The notes under the pieces: generated by a model
Told to the model about the DNA's origin: nothing
The model's database searches: none
What the model saw: only the letters and a program-made list of their open reading frames with translations
NCBI GenBank assembly: GCA_023920165.1
Contig: CP089276.1
Location: 992,001-1,056,000, forward strand
From: Curvularia clavata
Taxonomy: Eukaryota
DNA: 64,000 nucleotides
Direction of reading: 5' to 3'
Position numbers and translations under genes: made by a program
Part shown: positions 50,729-64,000 of the stretch, one piece after another
How positions within the stretch are numbered: the first letter of the stretch is position 1
Layout of the letters: each line of letters opens with the position of its first letter

Positions 50729-52250
50729 ATGAAGCAACTCTACATACTGATTTTGCTTTTAGCCTATATATCATGCATAACCGCACAAGACCATGGTCTT
50801 GTTGCGTCAATCCCTGAATGCGCAGTACGTATGTATGTACCACCAACGCCAAACCCTGGTGACTTACGGTCACAGAAAATATGTACAGGAAGGCTGGTTT
50901 CAGCTTCTTCGTGCGCAGCTTCGGACGGAAGTTGCATATGTACCAACACGCAGCTCCAAGCTATGATCGAGGGTTGTGTCCGTCAGACATGTACGGTAAA
51001 GCAAAGCCTAAGTTAGTAAGACCTTCCATATACCTTGTTGGAGAGGAAGGCTGAAATCTCATATTTTAGCGGCTAAGAACATATCTTCAACGCTATGCGG
51101 CGCGCCTGTCAGTAACATAGGATCCCACGTGAAGATCCTTAACATTACTCTATTCAGCGTCACGGCAGTGGTCGCGCTTATTCGGCTTCTATTCAAAGCA
51201 GTCTTCTCTGGTACCGACGCTGGCTGGGACGACTATACCATCATAGTTGCGTTGCTTACCGGAATACCATCTGTTATTCTCGTGGATACACACCTCATCC
51301 CTAATGGACTCGGCAGAGACATCTGGACTTTACCATTCGACAGCATATCTGCCTTCCGACGCACTGCGTACATCCTCCCGATACTCTACTTTCTTCAGGT
51401 CGGCCTCGTCAAAATCTCTATTCTTTTCTTCCTCCTACGGATTTTTCCTAGGCCTACAACTCGGAAGCTGTTGTACGGCACTCTCATCTTTACTGCCCTT
51501 TGGACCGTTGCATTCATCCTTGGTGGAGTCCTTCAATGCCAACCGCCGAGTTTCTATTGGATGTCTTGGGATACGAAGAACCAAAAGAGGTGCCTCAATT
51601 TTAGCGCATTAAACTGGGCGAACTCGCTTCTCAGCATCGTTCTAGATACTTGGATGCTGGCTATACCACTATACGAAGTCGTCCATCTTCAGCTATCGTG
51701 GCGCCGAAAGTTCAGCATATCCTTGATGTTCTTTGTCGGAACCTTGTGAGTAAAAAAGCAAATGCTCGTGGTATAACTCGTGGTGGTAATTATATTTTGC
51801 AGTGTTACGGTTGTCTCCGCTCTTCGATTACAATCCATCGTAGACTTGGATCGTGACAACAATCCCACACGGGACTTGACCGCCATTGTCTACTGGTCCA
51901 GCATAGAACAAGACGTAGGAGTTCTTTGCTCTTGTATGCCTGCGCTTCGGAAAATTCTTGTACGCGCATACCCTTTGGCTTTTGCATCGAAGAATAGAAG
52001 TTCCAGAAGGCAATATGATTACGGCAGCCACGACCATACTGGTAGTGGAAGAGGAAAAGCAACAATAGAAGGCGATACAAGCCGCTCACAAAAGTCCAAC
52101 AATGCACCGGACATCTTGCACACGCAGACTTTTGACGTGCAATTCGAGCAGAACTTGGATGACGACGAGAGTGCACTAGTAGAGATGAGGGATTTTGTCA
52201 GAACACCCTCAGGGGCGCGGAGTACCAACGTAAGCGAAGCAAGCTTATAG
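50729..52250 (+). CDS. PTH11-like CFEM-domain integral membrane receptor; 4 exons
   Basis: Signal peptide and 8-Cys CFEM (IPECA..CAASDGSCICTN..C..C). Then GWDDYT, GLGRDIW, KISILFFLLRIF, CQPPSFYW and WSSIEQDVGVLCSCMP. Confidence 0.9.
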
Positions 52251-53256
52251 TAGATTGGAGAGAAATGGGAAGCTATATGCCAGTGCATCTGGTCTTTCCA
52301 GCTTGTCAGGCCAACGCTAGAATTCTGTAGGCCCACCAGCAGTATCAAACAGGAATTAGTACAACGAATCCGTCTGTCCAGCAATACAGCAGTCGAAGAG
52401 CAAAGCTCTGTTGAACCGCCGCCTAGCACAATGCCTTATTCTGAACTCTGCCTACTCCGCTCACCAGATCGAGAGCCTCGCCATCCCCGCAGAAGTTGTG
52501 TAGATGAGAATCAGTTCACGACTGGATTATGGAGACGCTGCGGAAGTCTCCACACGCAAAGTATACTTGCGACGCGGTCAACTGCTTCCGCAAGCACTGT
52601 CTATATCTTGTCAGCCATCCTTACGGTTTCCTCTCCAGTGACGACTAAATGCTGCAGCTGCAGCAGCCGCCCTAGCAGCCCAACAGATGACGACGACATT
52701 ATGTGGTGACGGTTTGTTTGTCCATTTTGGGATTAGCGTTTTGCCAAGAGCGCACGTGCGCGCGAGGCTGTAGCCTGGGCTTTGCCGCCTAGCGCGTCGA
52801 GAGCCAACCTCCTCTCTACTCCACCCCATCTCCACAACCTCGACGACTACTACTGCATCTCTGTCTGTCCTCTCAATAACAACTCCTCATCGTACGTGCA
52901 CGCGGCTACCGTCAGTCGTCAGCCGCTAAACCGTTCTGTCGGCCTGCCTGGCGTCTTGCCCCAGTACGCCATCCTTATTGAAAGGCCTTTGGCACAGCGG
53001 TCGGTCTCGCGTTCTACGCGTTTCCGATTCGCGCACCTTAGGGGCGATACTCAAGCAAGGCACAGGTAGTGTTGATAAGGCGGGCTTAGTGGTCCACGAT
53101 CTGGCGCGTGTTGTTGTGCCTAGAGTCAGGGCTGCTCTTTGCGACTGTCGCGAAAGCCCGGGTGGGTGGGTTTCCTTTGCCGACGCATGTCGCCTGCTTC
53201 GTTGCAAGGGGGATAAGTGTTAAGTAAACGCCTTCTGTAGAAATAACTAATGAATA

Positions 53257-54800
53257 ATGGTACTTAACCTTGTTCGCAAAGAAGGCGTCTGTGCCTTGGC
53301 GTATGCTGTAAATGATGCATCTGTTCTATCGACGTGTTCTTTAAAGATCCTTTATTCGGACGCGCAATTTGCCTTGTCTCTCGGACACGCCGTCACGATC
53401 CCTGGAGTTGACGGCGAGCAACTGTTGACTCTTCGCTATGAGGGCGACAACCTTGTGCCTGGGCAAACCTCGCTCAGGAACGTCGGTATTCCCCTTCCGG
53501 ACGAATCGCTACACGCAATCGCGCGACATGGGCAGCCGCGGCTCCGAACGCTGTCGCTGACGCTCAAAGCACCTGGGTCTTTATGGTACCCTCGCAGCTT
53601 AGGCAATAGAGTGTCTGACCTTCAGACTGGTTCTTACAGCCTCTTAACGCTAGCCAGAGCCACACAAATATGCATTGTTTTCGACACAAAATGGCTTGGG
53701 GACAACCTCGCTCTACTTCAGAGAATTGTCGAGGGTTCGCGGCAACTCACTGGCATCCCGGTGATCTCACAGTTCACGACCGTGTATCAGCAGGCGGACT
53801 GGTCAATACTCAACCCTGATCAGGACACGAAGTCTGGAGCCTGTCGTCCCATCGAGGACCTGGTGTCTGAAGCTGTGCCTTCCATCGAGTGCCCTGTGGC
53901 CGGGCCTCCTCCTATCGAAGAAGCTGTATATGATGCCCCACCACCCTATGCGCATGTGTCAAGCAAGCGCTCAAGACATGGTAAGTCTTCTATCAAATAC
54001 AACACTGGCGAAACCCTAACGCACATCCCCCAGCTCGCAAAAGCTTGACACCAGATTCTCCTCCACCAAAACGCCTCCTCCAAGACCCTAAATGCGAGCC
54101 TTCGCCTATAAAATGTGCTTCTTCCCCATCGTCGGTTAGCCCAAAGTCCACAGCTTCGTCAACCGCTACCGTGCAAGTAGACGTTTTCCAGGACGCTGTA
54201 ACATCTGCAGTTGAGAAAGTGCTTCCGGATCTGCTGCGCACACAACTTCCTAGCATTTTGCAAGATCTCTTTCCGAGAATGCTTAGCAGTCCCTCACCGT
54301 CGCCATGTCTATCTCCGACACCACGGTCCCGCCAGGTCGCGAACGCACTCACGGGACAACCGAGCCACAAAGCCACACCTGCTGCAGTCGTCAGAGCTGT
54401 TGTGAGCACTTATACCGAGACCCATCTTCAGAAAATCCTAAACAATGCCCTAGATCAAGCCTCTCAACAAGCTTCTGAACTTTATAACTCCGTGGGTGTT
54501 GAGTTGGAGGACTACATCGATGACTCCAAACTTGAATTAGCTACACTGAAAGAGGACCATGTTGCCGCCTTCAATGACGATTGCAATGAGAAGTTGGCAG
54601 AGTTTAAGGAACAGCTAGCAGAGGAGAAGGACGAGACAGAAGTGGAGATAAAGGCACATGCTGATGAGGTAGTACTCAGGACTTGGGACAGGGTAAACAT
54701 GGTGGAGAACGCGTGCTGTAGATGTCAATGCCCTCATGGTCCCAAGGACAAGCGGAGCCAGTTGGAACGAGGGCGGAGGGCAAGGTCTTTCCCCCTGTGA
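53257..54800 (+). CDS. Hypothetical protein; 2 exons
   Basis: Two long ORFs joined by an intron at ~53981-54033 (GTAAGT..CTAAC..CAG). Contains a PPPY motif, an S/P-rich linker and an acidic coiled-coil C-terminus. Confidence 0.65.
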
Positions 54801-55188
54801 AAGAGCGTTGAGTTTTGGATGGATGATTGATGATGTTCTATATCCTTGTGATTTATACGTAGCAATATAAACTACGATGCCTTATCTTGGGATCTGTTTC
54901 CCGCCCTAGTTCGCTTCCTCGTATTCTGACTCCGGCTCTGGCTCTCCAGACCCACAGATGGTTGACGATACAAGTCGTGTGAATTAGACCATCTCTAGAC
55001 AGCAGACGCGTACAGGATATCCGGACACATGACTTCCTCTCCTAACACATCTCACCAATCTGGCACATTTGCTCATCTTCTGACCTCTTGGTGTAAATTC
55101 TACATCTCTTCACTCTAAACTTTACTCAGATTGATCACTAGAATGGAAGTCCAATCACGCACAACACTAATAGCCACTGATGGCAGGG

Positions 55189-57365
55189 TTACAGATCAAT
55201 AGATAAACGATCCGAATACACTCGCTCCTGCCTTCCTTTCACCGTGCTAAGAAGTATACCTAGACGAGACACCACGTATTCCCTCTCCAGCAAAACCACC
55301 TCCCCTTCAGCCGGGCTATCGCTACTAACATAGATCCTCCCTCGCGCATCCACCGCCATACCTACCGGCCGGAAACAGCTCGTCGTAGAGCACTTCTCCA
55401 CACTCTCGTTCCACAAGACATCTTCCCACACCTCAGTCGCATTACCTACCGCAGCAGGCCCAAAACCTTTGGCTCCTTGATTGAACGGCACTTCAATGAC
55501 TTTGAAGCCCACAGGCGGGTTGCGGTTCCAGCTCCCATGCAAAGTCACGTATAAGGAGGAGAAGTTTCCGTTGAACTTTGCATCGAGCGGCGTCGAGTGT
55601 GCAGGGAGAGCAAGACGAGGCGCTATACTACGCTCTTCACATGTCGCATCGGTGAATGTTGCATTGGGCTCCAGTACGAACTGGTCGCCTATGGTGAAGT
55701 TTTGACCGGGGATGACTGAGGGAGAGTAGACAGTGAAGCAGGTAGGATAGCCGTACCAGTTCTTGTTTTCCTGTGATGGATCGCCAATGTAGTTGAGCTC
55801 GTCAGCGGGGTTGTCGTTATGGATGTCGGTAGAGATACTGTCAATGGTGCGGTACAGTTCATCCGCTGAGTTTTCGAGAGCCCAGAGATTCGAAGATGCG
55901 TCGTATGCTAGGCCGACGGAGTTGCGTAGGCCATAGCCTAGCTGCTGGCCAGTGGTGGCGTAGTCGTAGCCGCTGGGCGGTACTGTAGTGGTGTCGAAGA
56001 CCTTGATGCACGACCGACCCGTTTTGATGTCAAGGGAGCCATAGTCGAGATTGTCGTTTGAGCCGTGCGAGACGAGAAGAAGGTTTGGGTGTTTCGGTGG
56101 TATGCTCAGTGACCGTGTAACATGGCCTCCGCTATCCATACCCGTTACTATAGTAGTGGCGTTTGCTGATACACTCATTGTTGCTGCATCGTATGCCCAT
56201 GCAAACACCGTGGTAGCGGAACTGGCATATAGCGTCTTACTATCCTGGCTGAGCACCATACCGTGATTGAGGTTCCGCTGCGCAATCAATGTTTTGCCAG
56301 GCTCTAGGCACCCATTTGACGAGACCTTGTGTACAGTGACGCCGACACCGTTTTGAACCATGAGGAGATTGCCGGCACTATCGAAGATAAGGCTTCGTGG
56401 CTGCGTCAAACCTCCTGCGACTTTTGTTGCTTTCCAGCCTTTAGCGGTATATAGAGGAAATGCAAGACTGGCGACGCCATCACAAGAAGTAGGTACATCC
56501 GTTGGGACTGGTCCTGAAGATGTAGAAGGAATGGCACTAGTGCCCATGGACGTCGGGCGCACAGTTGAGGCTGAGGTAGGCACCGGAGCGCTGCTCGCTA
56601 CTGGCGGTACATCAGAAATGAGATTCGAAGCAATCAAGCTGTCAAAGTCCAAATTATGACCTTGCGTCAGGTTGACCTTGAAGTGGCCAAATGAACTGTG
56701 AACGTTGAAGGTTGATCTGTTGTTCGCGGGCTGTGCAGGTGCTTTACTCGATAAGCCGTATGCAAACTTTTGCGCAGAGGCGTTTGCATCAATTGAAACG
56801 GTCTTTCCGTCAACATTGAGCCACTGCGAACAGCCTTTGCACCGGACAGTCAGCGTCCAATGTGTCGCATTGTACCCTGTCCCCTTGACATATGTGTATT
56901 CCGCGTCGGCGTAAGGCTGTGGCAAGCTAAGTCCTCTTGATCACCGTTAAAGTCAGATTCGATGTCTATACATGCGGAACTTCACGTCGAAAACGTACAG
57001 GGCCATTCTGGAACTGTAGATTGATGTTTTGGACGCGGCGTTCACCCAGCCCATCGTAAGTGGAACATAGGGCATAGTACTACCCCAGCTGAAACCTACC
57101 CATCCATTTGCGATGGGTGATATAATGTTTAGCACGGTGTCAAAGGGTGCGGATACGGCTGCTGGTAGGGCAATACGAAAGGTAACGCCATTCGTTCCAG
57201 TCCAGCTCGAGTAGCAGATTGTAGTCTCCGGGTCGCAGTATCGCTCAGAGCTTTGCCCATGTGCTATGGCTGTTTCAGGCCGGATATTTGGTTATTCTTT
57301 TACTGGGTATACGTACCAAGCGTTGTGAAAAATGATAGGCCTAGATGTAGTACAGAGACCTTCAT
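55189..57365 (-). CDS. Secreted AA8 cytochrome domain + AA12 PQQ-dependent (sorbosone/pyranose) dehydrogenase
   Basis: Signal exon MKVSVLHLGLSFFTTL. CDH-cytochrome motifs GWVGFSWGSTM, WTLTVRCKGCSQW and FNVH. S/T/P linker, then beta-propeller motifs GGHVTRSL, GLRNSVG, ENSAD, DNPADELN, YGYPTC, HGSWNR and CFRPVG. Confidence 0.88.
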
Positions 57366-58578
57366 ACCGGGCGGTAGAGTGGATTCACTTCAGCACTGTA
57401 CATTCTTCACAGCAGATACTAGAAGCTTTAAAGCCCAAACGTTTGTGAATGCTAGATGGTATGTGTGTTTCAGGATTGGTGGTCAATTTGAGAGGGCTAG
57501 CATTGTATGCTGCCATCAGCGTAATTGACAGGGACGTATAAATTATTTTCATTGTCACGAGCGGAGCAAAGAATGTCATATACCGACTTGGCGCTTCTAC
57601 ATCCTTTGATAAATGCAAATTTATTTGTTGTTCTCGTCGTGTAAAGGCTGTAGAATGGAGTGTCGCATGATGCTATTCATTTTACCAGACGTGGAGCTCG
57701 CTGCTGAATGAATACTGTGGCTTCGAACTAAGTGGTTTCCTGTGGCTTTCAAGAAAAACAAAGCTTCGGCATGTAAGAAAAGTCGAAGTCCAAATTTTGG
57801 GTAGCTTGTCCCGAGCTTTGATTCAGGATGAGTATCATGACGATTTGGGCACGGAACGAGGAAATCCCCACGTTGGATGATATACAATTCGCGGCCTAGA
57901 ATCTTGTATGACACCTGAGGTTGCAGTATTGCTTAGGCGCGGCCATCGTGGATTTGGCTGAACTGAGATCGACCCGATTGTATAGATGAAGCGGCGACTT
58001 TACCCTTGGGAAATGAGTACTATGCGGGTAGTGCTGACGATCGTAATGCTGTCAACATTTGGGTATGTAAGATAAGCAGTCGGGGGTAGTCTCTGAAATC
58101 TTAGAAGCTCTCATTTCGGTAAGGCGGCTGAATATTCGAAGTGTCGTGGATTTAGTACGTATTTATGCAGGGTTCTTTGATTGATGCACGTGACCTTTGA
58201 AAAACACTCACCTTCTTACGCACGTGAGTAGTAACAAGGAGCATCTTCGTTTCCGTTCGCAGATAATCTAGTGACTTGTGTTACAGGCACTCTGTCATGG
58301 AAACACCTGAGCTTGGTTCTCTGAGTGCGTATCAGCGATGGATGATAAGCAACGAACTGCGGCATGGCCCGCCTCCGCTTCCCCACGTTCTCCGCACTTA
58401 GCTACCGAGGCTCGCATCCTTCGACGCCACGAAGCGAGGCGGGCCCCATGCCTCTAGAAAGCATCATGTCGCACCTGAAAGATAGTGCCTTCCAGCACTT
58501 GAACCGTACTTGAAGTCGTTGCCATACGTCAAAGAAGTCTCACGGCCTCATCGTTATTGGCTTATCCAAAAATCCACA

Positions 58579-59310
58579 ATGGTACTTGGCCCCTACACCA
58601 ACTTGCGCGTCGACCAGCATGACCACGTCTTCGTTATCACGCTGGCTAAAGCGCCCGAAAACCGCATCAACGTCGCCTTTGCCCAGGAAATTATCCGTGC
58701 GCTGCGCGATATTGAGAAAGAACTTGGTCCCGACTCAGAAGGGTGTGTAATCACCAAGGGCGCGGACGCAAAATTCTGGTGCACTGGACTGGAACTGGAC
58801 GAAAGCGACACCAATCCTTTTGCCAACAGCGATGGCTTTTTCCCATTGCTAGCCACGCTGCTAGACTACCCGTTTCCAACTATCGCGCTGCTCACGGGAC
58901 ATACGTTCGGCGGCGCATGCCCGCTGGCTCTGGCGCATGACTACCGTATTATGAATTCCCAGCGCGGTTTCATCTCCATGCCGCCTGTGAATCTTGGATT
59001 GCATTTTCCAGGTATCGGGTTTCTTCCCAGGCTGAAACTGAGGCCGCAGGTAGCGCGGAAGATGCTCCTTGAGGCTCATCGATGGACGGGCAAGGAGGCA
59101 TATGAGGATGGGATAGTGGACGAGATTGCGGAGCCGAAGGATATGCTGGAGGCTGCATTGAAGAAGGCAAGAGAGGTGCAGGGTAGGGCGAAGATGGGCG
59201 TGTACAGTGTGTTGAGAAATGAATTGTGGGGTGAGGCCGCCGAGAAGATTAGAGGGATTTGCTATGTTCATGGGCAGAGGGTAACAGCGCCTGCGAAAGC
59301 GAAGATATAA
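58579..59310 (+). CDS. Enoyl-CoA isomerase/hydratase (crotonase fold), probably peroxisomal
   Basis: KFWCTGLEL and PTIALLTGHTFGGACPLALAHDYRIM. C-terminal AKI resembles a PTS1 signal. Confidence 0.88.
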   Translation: MVLGPYTNLRVDQHDHVFVITLAKAPENRINVAFAQEIIRALRDIEKELGPDSEGCVITKGADAKFWCTGLELDESDTNPFANSDGFFPLLATLLDYPFPTIALLTGHTFGGACPLALAHDYRIMNSQRGFISMPPVNLGLHFPGIGFLPRLKLRPQVARKMLLEAHRWTGKEAYEDGIVDEIAEPKDMLEAALKKAREVQGRAKMGVYSVLRNELWGEAAEKIRGICYVHGQRVTAPAKAKI

Positions 59311-59520
59311 GTATTTGTATTTTTTTGGAATATGAAGTTCACTTTCAATGAGATCAAAGGACTTATGTCAACCACGTCATCTCCGAATGCACATTCATAC
59401 AGGGCGATGTGTTTCATTCTTGATAAAATATGTACAGTCTAAAGCTCAATGTCGATGTGCATGACACGAGACCTCAGCGATGAAGCTTTTATTAGTCAAA
59501 TCGCGTGATCATGCGGACTT

Positions 59521-60675
59521 CTACCAAGTAGGCTGAAGAGGTGGATCAGCGTTCTTGACGAGCATCTGAACATACTCGTCGAACCAGGCACCAGCAACTG
59601 GTGCACCGGCCAGACCACAGGCTCCGTCACTCTCACCACCGGGCTTGATCCAGACGATCGAGTCGACGTTTGTGTTGTTTGGCGCAGATCCAGGACGCAC
59701 ACCAAAGCCAGAGGGCTGGACATTACACCACTCGCCCCATTCCTTGCGGGCACCGGGAAGGGCAACACGGCCCTGGTCAATGATGAAGTTTGTTGGCATA
59801 CCCTCAGCAGCCATTGCCGCTCCAAGGGAAGTAGCGTAGTGGCTCTCATCCCAAGACGGAGAATACTCGGTGTAGTTCTCACGAACCTTGGCATTGAAGG
59901 GGTTGTAGTTGGATACGTTGGTTGAGTAGCCCCGAATCTTGGCTGCTGGGTTGAGCTTCTTGGCCATGGCGACGACCCTAGCAAAGATCTGGGCCGTGGG
60001 CTTCAGGTTGTCGGCCCATCCGAGCCAACCTCCGTGGGCGGCGTCCATGTACAGGTGTACATTGGGGTACTGCAGCTTGGCGATAGCGTAGGCAATACCT
60101 TCCTCGTAGATGGGAGTGGCATTGGCACAAAAAGGAACACCTTGGTTTGTGACGGCGTTTCCGAGCGAGTCTGGCTCGAGAACAATGGCGAAATCAAGAT
60201 CCCTGGCCTCGGATACAAGCTTTGCGTACTTGTCGACAAACTCGGTCTTGTAGATGGCCAAGCCATTGTTCTTGGAGCTAAGTTCACCGGCTGACTCTCC
60301 AGCAGAGCAGTCACGGTCGGGCAGATTGTAGAGAACAAGGCCCACAATCATCTTTTTTCCTCTCTTCCTCTGCTTGCGGGCTTGCTCGATGGCAGTAGGG
60401 ATCAGGCTGAGACCATCACGTGATGTAACCCATACGAAAGTGGAGATCTTCTGAGCAACAGTGCGGGTTCGTGCTGCGTTGAGGGGGTCGTTCTTCGCCT
60501 GGAAAGATGCAATGGTCTGCTGAAGTTTCTTGCCATAGCTCTCAACGACATAGCGGTCCTTGCCTATCCACGGGTTGACGGTAACGTTGCTAGGAGGCGC
60601 AGGTGGTTTTGGGGCTGCGGACGCAGCGCCAGCAAGGGCAGCAGTTGCCAAAACAAACTGTGTGATTTGAACCAT
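59521..60675 (-). CDS. GH6 cellobiohydrolase/endoglucanase without CBM1
   Basis: Signal peptide, then YNLPDRDCSAGESAGE, VLEPDSLGN, DAAHGGWLGW, NVSNYN, WGEWCN and WIKPGGESDG. Confidence 0.95.
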   Translation of the reverse strand: MVQITQFVLATAALAGAASAAPKPPAPPSNVTVNPWIGKDRYVVESYGKKLQQTIASFQAKNDPLNAARTRTVAQKISTFVWVTSRDGLSLIPTAIEQARKQRKRGKKMIVGLVLYNLPDRDCSAGESAGELSSKNNGLAIYKTEFVDKYAKLVSEARDLDFAIVLEPDSLGNAVTNQGVPFCANATPIYEEGIAYAIAKLQYPNVHLYMDAAHGGWLGWADNLKPTAQIFARVVAMAKKLNPAAKIRGYSTNVSNYNPFNAKVRENYTEYSPSWDESHYATSLGAAMAAEGMPTNFIIDQGRVALPGARKEWGEWCNVQPSGFGVRPGSAPNNTNVDSIVWIKPGGESDGACGLAGAPVAGAWFDEYVQMLVKNADPPLQPTW

Positions 60676-62726
60676 GATTGCTAAGAGCTTGAGAATGAAT
60701 GAGTGAATGACTGACTCCGAAGTGGCTGCCGGGAGATGCAATGGATAGGTACATGAGGCCTTTTATAGGTGTAGTGATGATAAGAGTAGATCATAGACGA
60801 CGCACACTGTCATGTGCTCCGTCTCCAGATGCTTCTTCCGGATAGGTTCTACAACTCCAATGGCTGGTTTGACCTTTGATCGACGGCACCGTCGGCCCGT
60901 AACATGAAGGCTGTTATTCCCAAAAAGGTCAGAGCTTTTATGTGTGAACAATCAGCTTCTGCGAACAACGCACTCTGACAGTCTAGTGTTGTTAGTGTGC
61001 CTCATCTCCTCGAACTTGCTGCGTCCAATGGTCGCTTGCCCAGGAGCAGAGTGTTTGCCCGCTACGGTATATTAGCCAAGATGATATCTACTGGGGTGAG
61101 AAGCGGGACCGCAATCTATTTGGGCTGTTTACCCGGCTTGCAGTACCAGCTCCCGGCAACCCAACCACGTGGTGCTTTATAGATGTCATCTGTGAAACGA
61201 TTCCACAGATTGGTTAATGCTTTCAGACTAGCGAAATTTAGATTGTTCGTAAAGTGCGATGCAGATGTTAGGCCATTTCGCCCTACAAGCGACCATTCGA
61301 ATGCACCGCAAAGAAGATTCGCTGCATGTTCTACTGCATCCACGGGCGGCTGTACCCTGAGGCTGAGTTGAAGGGAGGTACCATCCATGCACGAGATGCA
61401 GGTACGCCAGGGCCAGTTTGGGTTAAGTCCACAGAGACAAGTCTTCATGATGCTTCCGAGATAGTACTCCAAGGAGACCGATAGGCGCGCGGCAAGACGA
61501 GTTTCATGGGGGGCTAATTCTCAATAGAGACTTCAGTTAACTCTAGAAGACCCACATAATGGTAATTTCAGAATGAGTAGCAATGCAAGTAAAGAGGGCT
61601 CGATGAAACTGTTTCCCAGTCGTTGAACGATGTGGGGAAACCCCATGAGGATTGGTAGCATTGGTGTGGAGAACAGGAGGCGACCGAACGGGCTCCTTGG
61701 TGTCTTGGCGCACTATATATCACCGAGTGCAGGATCCACTCTCTCGTTATCCTTGTCTATTGCTGCATATCCTCATCAAAGAGACGTCTCATGTTCCCTG
61801 TTGTATCCAAAATTCGAGCAACTGTCATAAAATAAGTGTCTCCGCACAGCAAAGGTATGGCGTAAGACACACTGGGCGGTGACGTACGCAGAAATTGTCG
61901 ACTATCGCTTAATGAACCCATATGCTGCATTGAGTCGTCTGATGTATTCTTGACCCAACTTTCCTTAGAGGAGCCACTAAGGTGAGATACATGAGAGAAC
62001 TTTGGATGACAACGGACTTTTGAGCTATCTCAGCGCAATCCTCCTGAACAAACCCCAGAGAAACTATAGTTATTGCAACTAAGCACTGGATACTCCATAA
62101 GCATTTCGTCCTACACGTAATGTTCAGAAATGTCTACAAAAGCCAACCATAAGCCTAAAGTACCAGGAGTCGTTGTTGATATGTTAATTGATGCATTGGA
62201 ACGCTTTTTGGTTGTCACGTGCATGCCAGCGGTGGCGAATCGCCTCCCGAAAACGATACGAGCGGGGATCCTTGTACATATGTGTTGTACAGAGAGAAAG
62301 GATTCGACCAAATAGAGCGAACGAAAGGCGAGTATGATATGATACTTTTCTTAGGTCTCAGCTTACTAGGGCGTGAAACCCACAGCTTGAAACGTACATT
62401 TGAAAAACTCACTGTTGGCCGATTCCCTGCAGCCTCTAGTGTTGCCTCTTAGATATCGGTTTCCAACAAAGTGTCTAAAACTGTTACAATTCATGGTTTA
62501 CAGTTCTTTTTTGCCGCAGTACCACAGCAAGTATGTTTGATTATATGTTGGCGCGAAAGAACACTCGTGATTCGGCCGAGGGGCTTTAGCGTCGGTTGTT
62601 CAACACCACCGAACATCCGAGGTATGTTGCGACCACTACCTCGTCGTTCAGCCACAGCCAAGCACGTTCCCAAGATCCCCCAAGACTCCTTCTTTTCACC
62701 ATCCGGGTGTGGTTTAGATTTCCAAA

Positions 62727-64000
62727 ATGAGTTCAGATTCCCAAGCGCCGCGCTTTGTGCCTCCTAGTAGACGGAGGGACAAGCCCATCTTGAGCTGTAC
62801 TCTTTGCCGGCGACGAAAGTGAGTGACTTCAGAAGCCAAGGACGCAGTGCGTTCAGCTGTCTGGGCCTCTACTGACATTTGGGAGATTGAAATGCGATCG
62901 TCAACAGCCATGCAGGACCTGTGTAGATCGTGGGCTTTCGCTCTCTTGCGCGTACGTGCGTAATCTGCCAACACCAAAAGAACCAAAGATTCCAAACAGT
63001 GTACACGACCGCATTAATCAACTGGAGAAGCTTGTCACCGACCTTATGAGCAGCAAGAATGTTCCTGAAGTATCACCCGCAGCTAGCTACACATCGCAAC
63101 ATCAGGATGACAGCCAGTATGAGATCCCGGGAACTCCGGACCGTGTGAAGTTCAATGGTGAAACTACAAGTTACACGAATAGCGACCATTGGACTAGTAT
63201 TCTTGATGGGGTGAGACCATCTTCCTTTAACCTTGTTTCTTCTGCTCAACAAACTCCAGATCTCAGAATTGCGGGAACACCTTGATCAGATTCCTGCCTC
63301 TACTGATGCAAAAGAGGCCGGCTCAGAAGAGATTCCTGGCCCAGAAATTTTGTTTGGGCGGCAAAGATTTGCGACCAAGGAAGACATAATCGCTGCTCTG
63401 CCTCCGCGACGTGAGGCGGATCACTTGGTAAACACTTTCTTCGCAACGATGGACACACATACGAGTAGGTCAGCGTCTACAGCATAGTCAAAAACTCGCT
63501 AATATGCCAAGGTTCGGCGTTTATACACCGGCCAACTTTTCTTAAACAAGTAAGTCTTTGATCAGGAACACGTTCACATTTCGAACCTGACAGGTTGACA
63601 ATTGCCCAGTACGCGAACTTCTGGTTAAATCCCTTTGAAACACCAACGATGTGGGTAGGCCTTTTGTATAATACCTTTGCCCTAGGTGCTCGCTTCCAGG
63701 CGACTATCGAGAAATATTCGTCAAGCAGCTCTAGCTCAGCCCAGAGCTTGTTCGAGGCACGCATGAATTTCTACCGTGAGAAAGGCGTACAATGCATGAT
63801 CCTTGCCAACTATACGAAATGCCCGCCATCGACTATTGAAGCGTTTTTGCTCTATTGCGGCACTGAGTATACCCGCTGTGTCGATGCTCAGTTCAGCACA
63901 TACGTCGTATTCGGTTTGGTTGTAAGAGTAGCTTTCCGCATGGGGATGCATAGAGATCCGGCAAGATTTCCTAACATTTCACCTTTCGAGGGTGAAATGC
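62727..64000 (+). CDS. Zn(II)2Cys6 fungal transcription factor (partial; runs off window end)
   Basis: SCTLCRRRK|LKCDRQQPCRTCVDRGLSLSCAY, followed by a fungal-specific TF middle region (HWTSILD, FIHRPTF, RMGMHRDP). Confidence 0.93.

Noticed and set aside
1..64000. CRISPR arrays, rRNA/5S genes and other snRNAs (U1, U5, U6)
   Set aside because: The DNA is eukaryotic, and a by-eye scan found no repeat-spacer arrays or signature motifs for these RNAs.

Overview
Filamentous ascomycete genomic DNA with short GT-AG introns and CTAAC branch points; Dothideomycete/Pleosporales-like by inference. The first 23.4 kb is a compact block of housekeeping genes: cytochrome c peroxidase, an F-box-like protein, an MFS transporter, RPS23, IMA1, mitochondrial uL24, ALG14, a NACHT protein, NEM1 and eIF2B-beta. 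About 24-55 kb is a gene-sparse, accessory-looking interval. It holds a U2 snRNA gene split by a 55-nt spliceosomal intron (the top finding), a frameshifted vWA-papain fusion, a head-to-head pair of paralogous 8-Cys secreted proteins, a foldback/MITE-like element, an NB-ARC/TPR NLR pseudogene abutting a probable DUF3435 (Starship captain-like) relic, a GFA gene, a frameshifted aspartic protease, a RIP-mutated Fot1/pogo transposon and a PTH11-like CFEM receptor. The last 9 kb carries an AA8-AA12 dehydrogenase, an enoyl-CoA isomerase, a GH6 cellulase and a partial Zn2Cys6 transcription factor. All family calls come from reading motifs by eye, not from database searches. Exon boundaries are approximate.
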